Positions 63,781 through 64,000 of a stretch of DNA of 64,000 nucleotides are shown here, piece by piece. The position numbers and the translations under genes are program-made. Origin of the DNA: Vicugna vicugna (Eukaryota); NCBI GenBank assembly GCA_013265495.1, contig MU058153.1, positions 808,001 through 872,000 of the forward strand, in the 5' to 3' direction. The notes beneath the pieces are model-generated. The model did not search any database. It had not been told where the DNA came from and saw nothing but the letters and a program-made list of their open reading frames with translations. Positions within the stretch are counted from its first letter, which is position 1. Each line of letters begins with the position of its first letter.

Positions 63781-64000
63781 GAGAATGCTTTCTTTAGAGT
63801 GGAGTAGTGCTTTCTGCTGCATTTGTGAATTTTATGGAAGAGGAACTTTATGTGGACATTGGTAAGATTTCATAATTCTGACATGCACTAATTATGCCAA
63901 AGCATGTGGGTGGTGAATCAATAGTTTTCCAGGAAAATTGAGTAACACTCCACTACACATTGAACTTCTTTAAAAACAATTACTTTTCAATGATTCAGAG

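Noticed and set aside
1..64000. CRISPR arrays, operons or other prokaryotic/viral systems
   Set aside because: The sequence is mammalian (L1/L2/MIR/MaLR content). No regularly spaced repeats, dense ORFs, or recognisable gag/pol/env remnants were seen.

Overview
This is AT-rich, repeat-dense placental-mammal DNA, intergenic or deep intronic, with no host protein-coding exon I can support. The only ORFs with recognisable homology are LINE-1 ORF1/ORF2 remnants. Five tRNA-Ala-like SINEs resembling camelid vic-1, Cetartiodactyla-style L1 3' ends, and no recognisable Alu, Bov-tA or PRE1 suggest a camelid genome (inference). The background is ancient L2, MIR, MLT1, old L1M and solo ERV LTRs. Standout observations: (1) a ~250-bp inverted duplication (non-SINE flank plus the same SINE insertion) at 27958-28216 and 41452-41697, whose junctions fit a staggered-break inversion of the ~13-kb interval; (2) a young 2,994-bp L1 at 60787-63780 with a perfect 16-bp TSD, full 5'UTR and nearly intact ORF1 but almost no ORF2, a candidate HAL1-like non-autonomous element; (3) two twin-primed (5'-inverted) L1 insertions, one only ~190 bp long; (4) an old L1 carrying three nested insertions at 14.5-16.8 kb. 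Repeat families were assigned by eye from remembered consensus motifs, and boundaries of old repeats are approximate.
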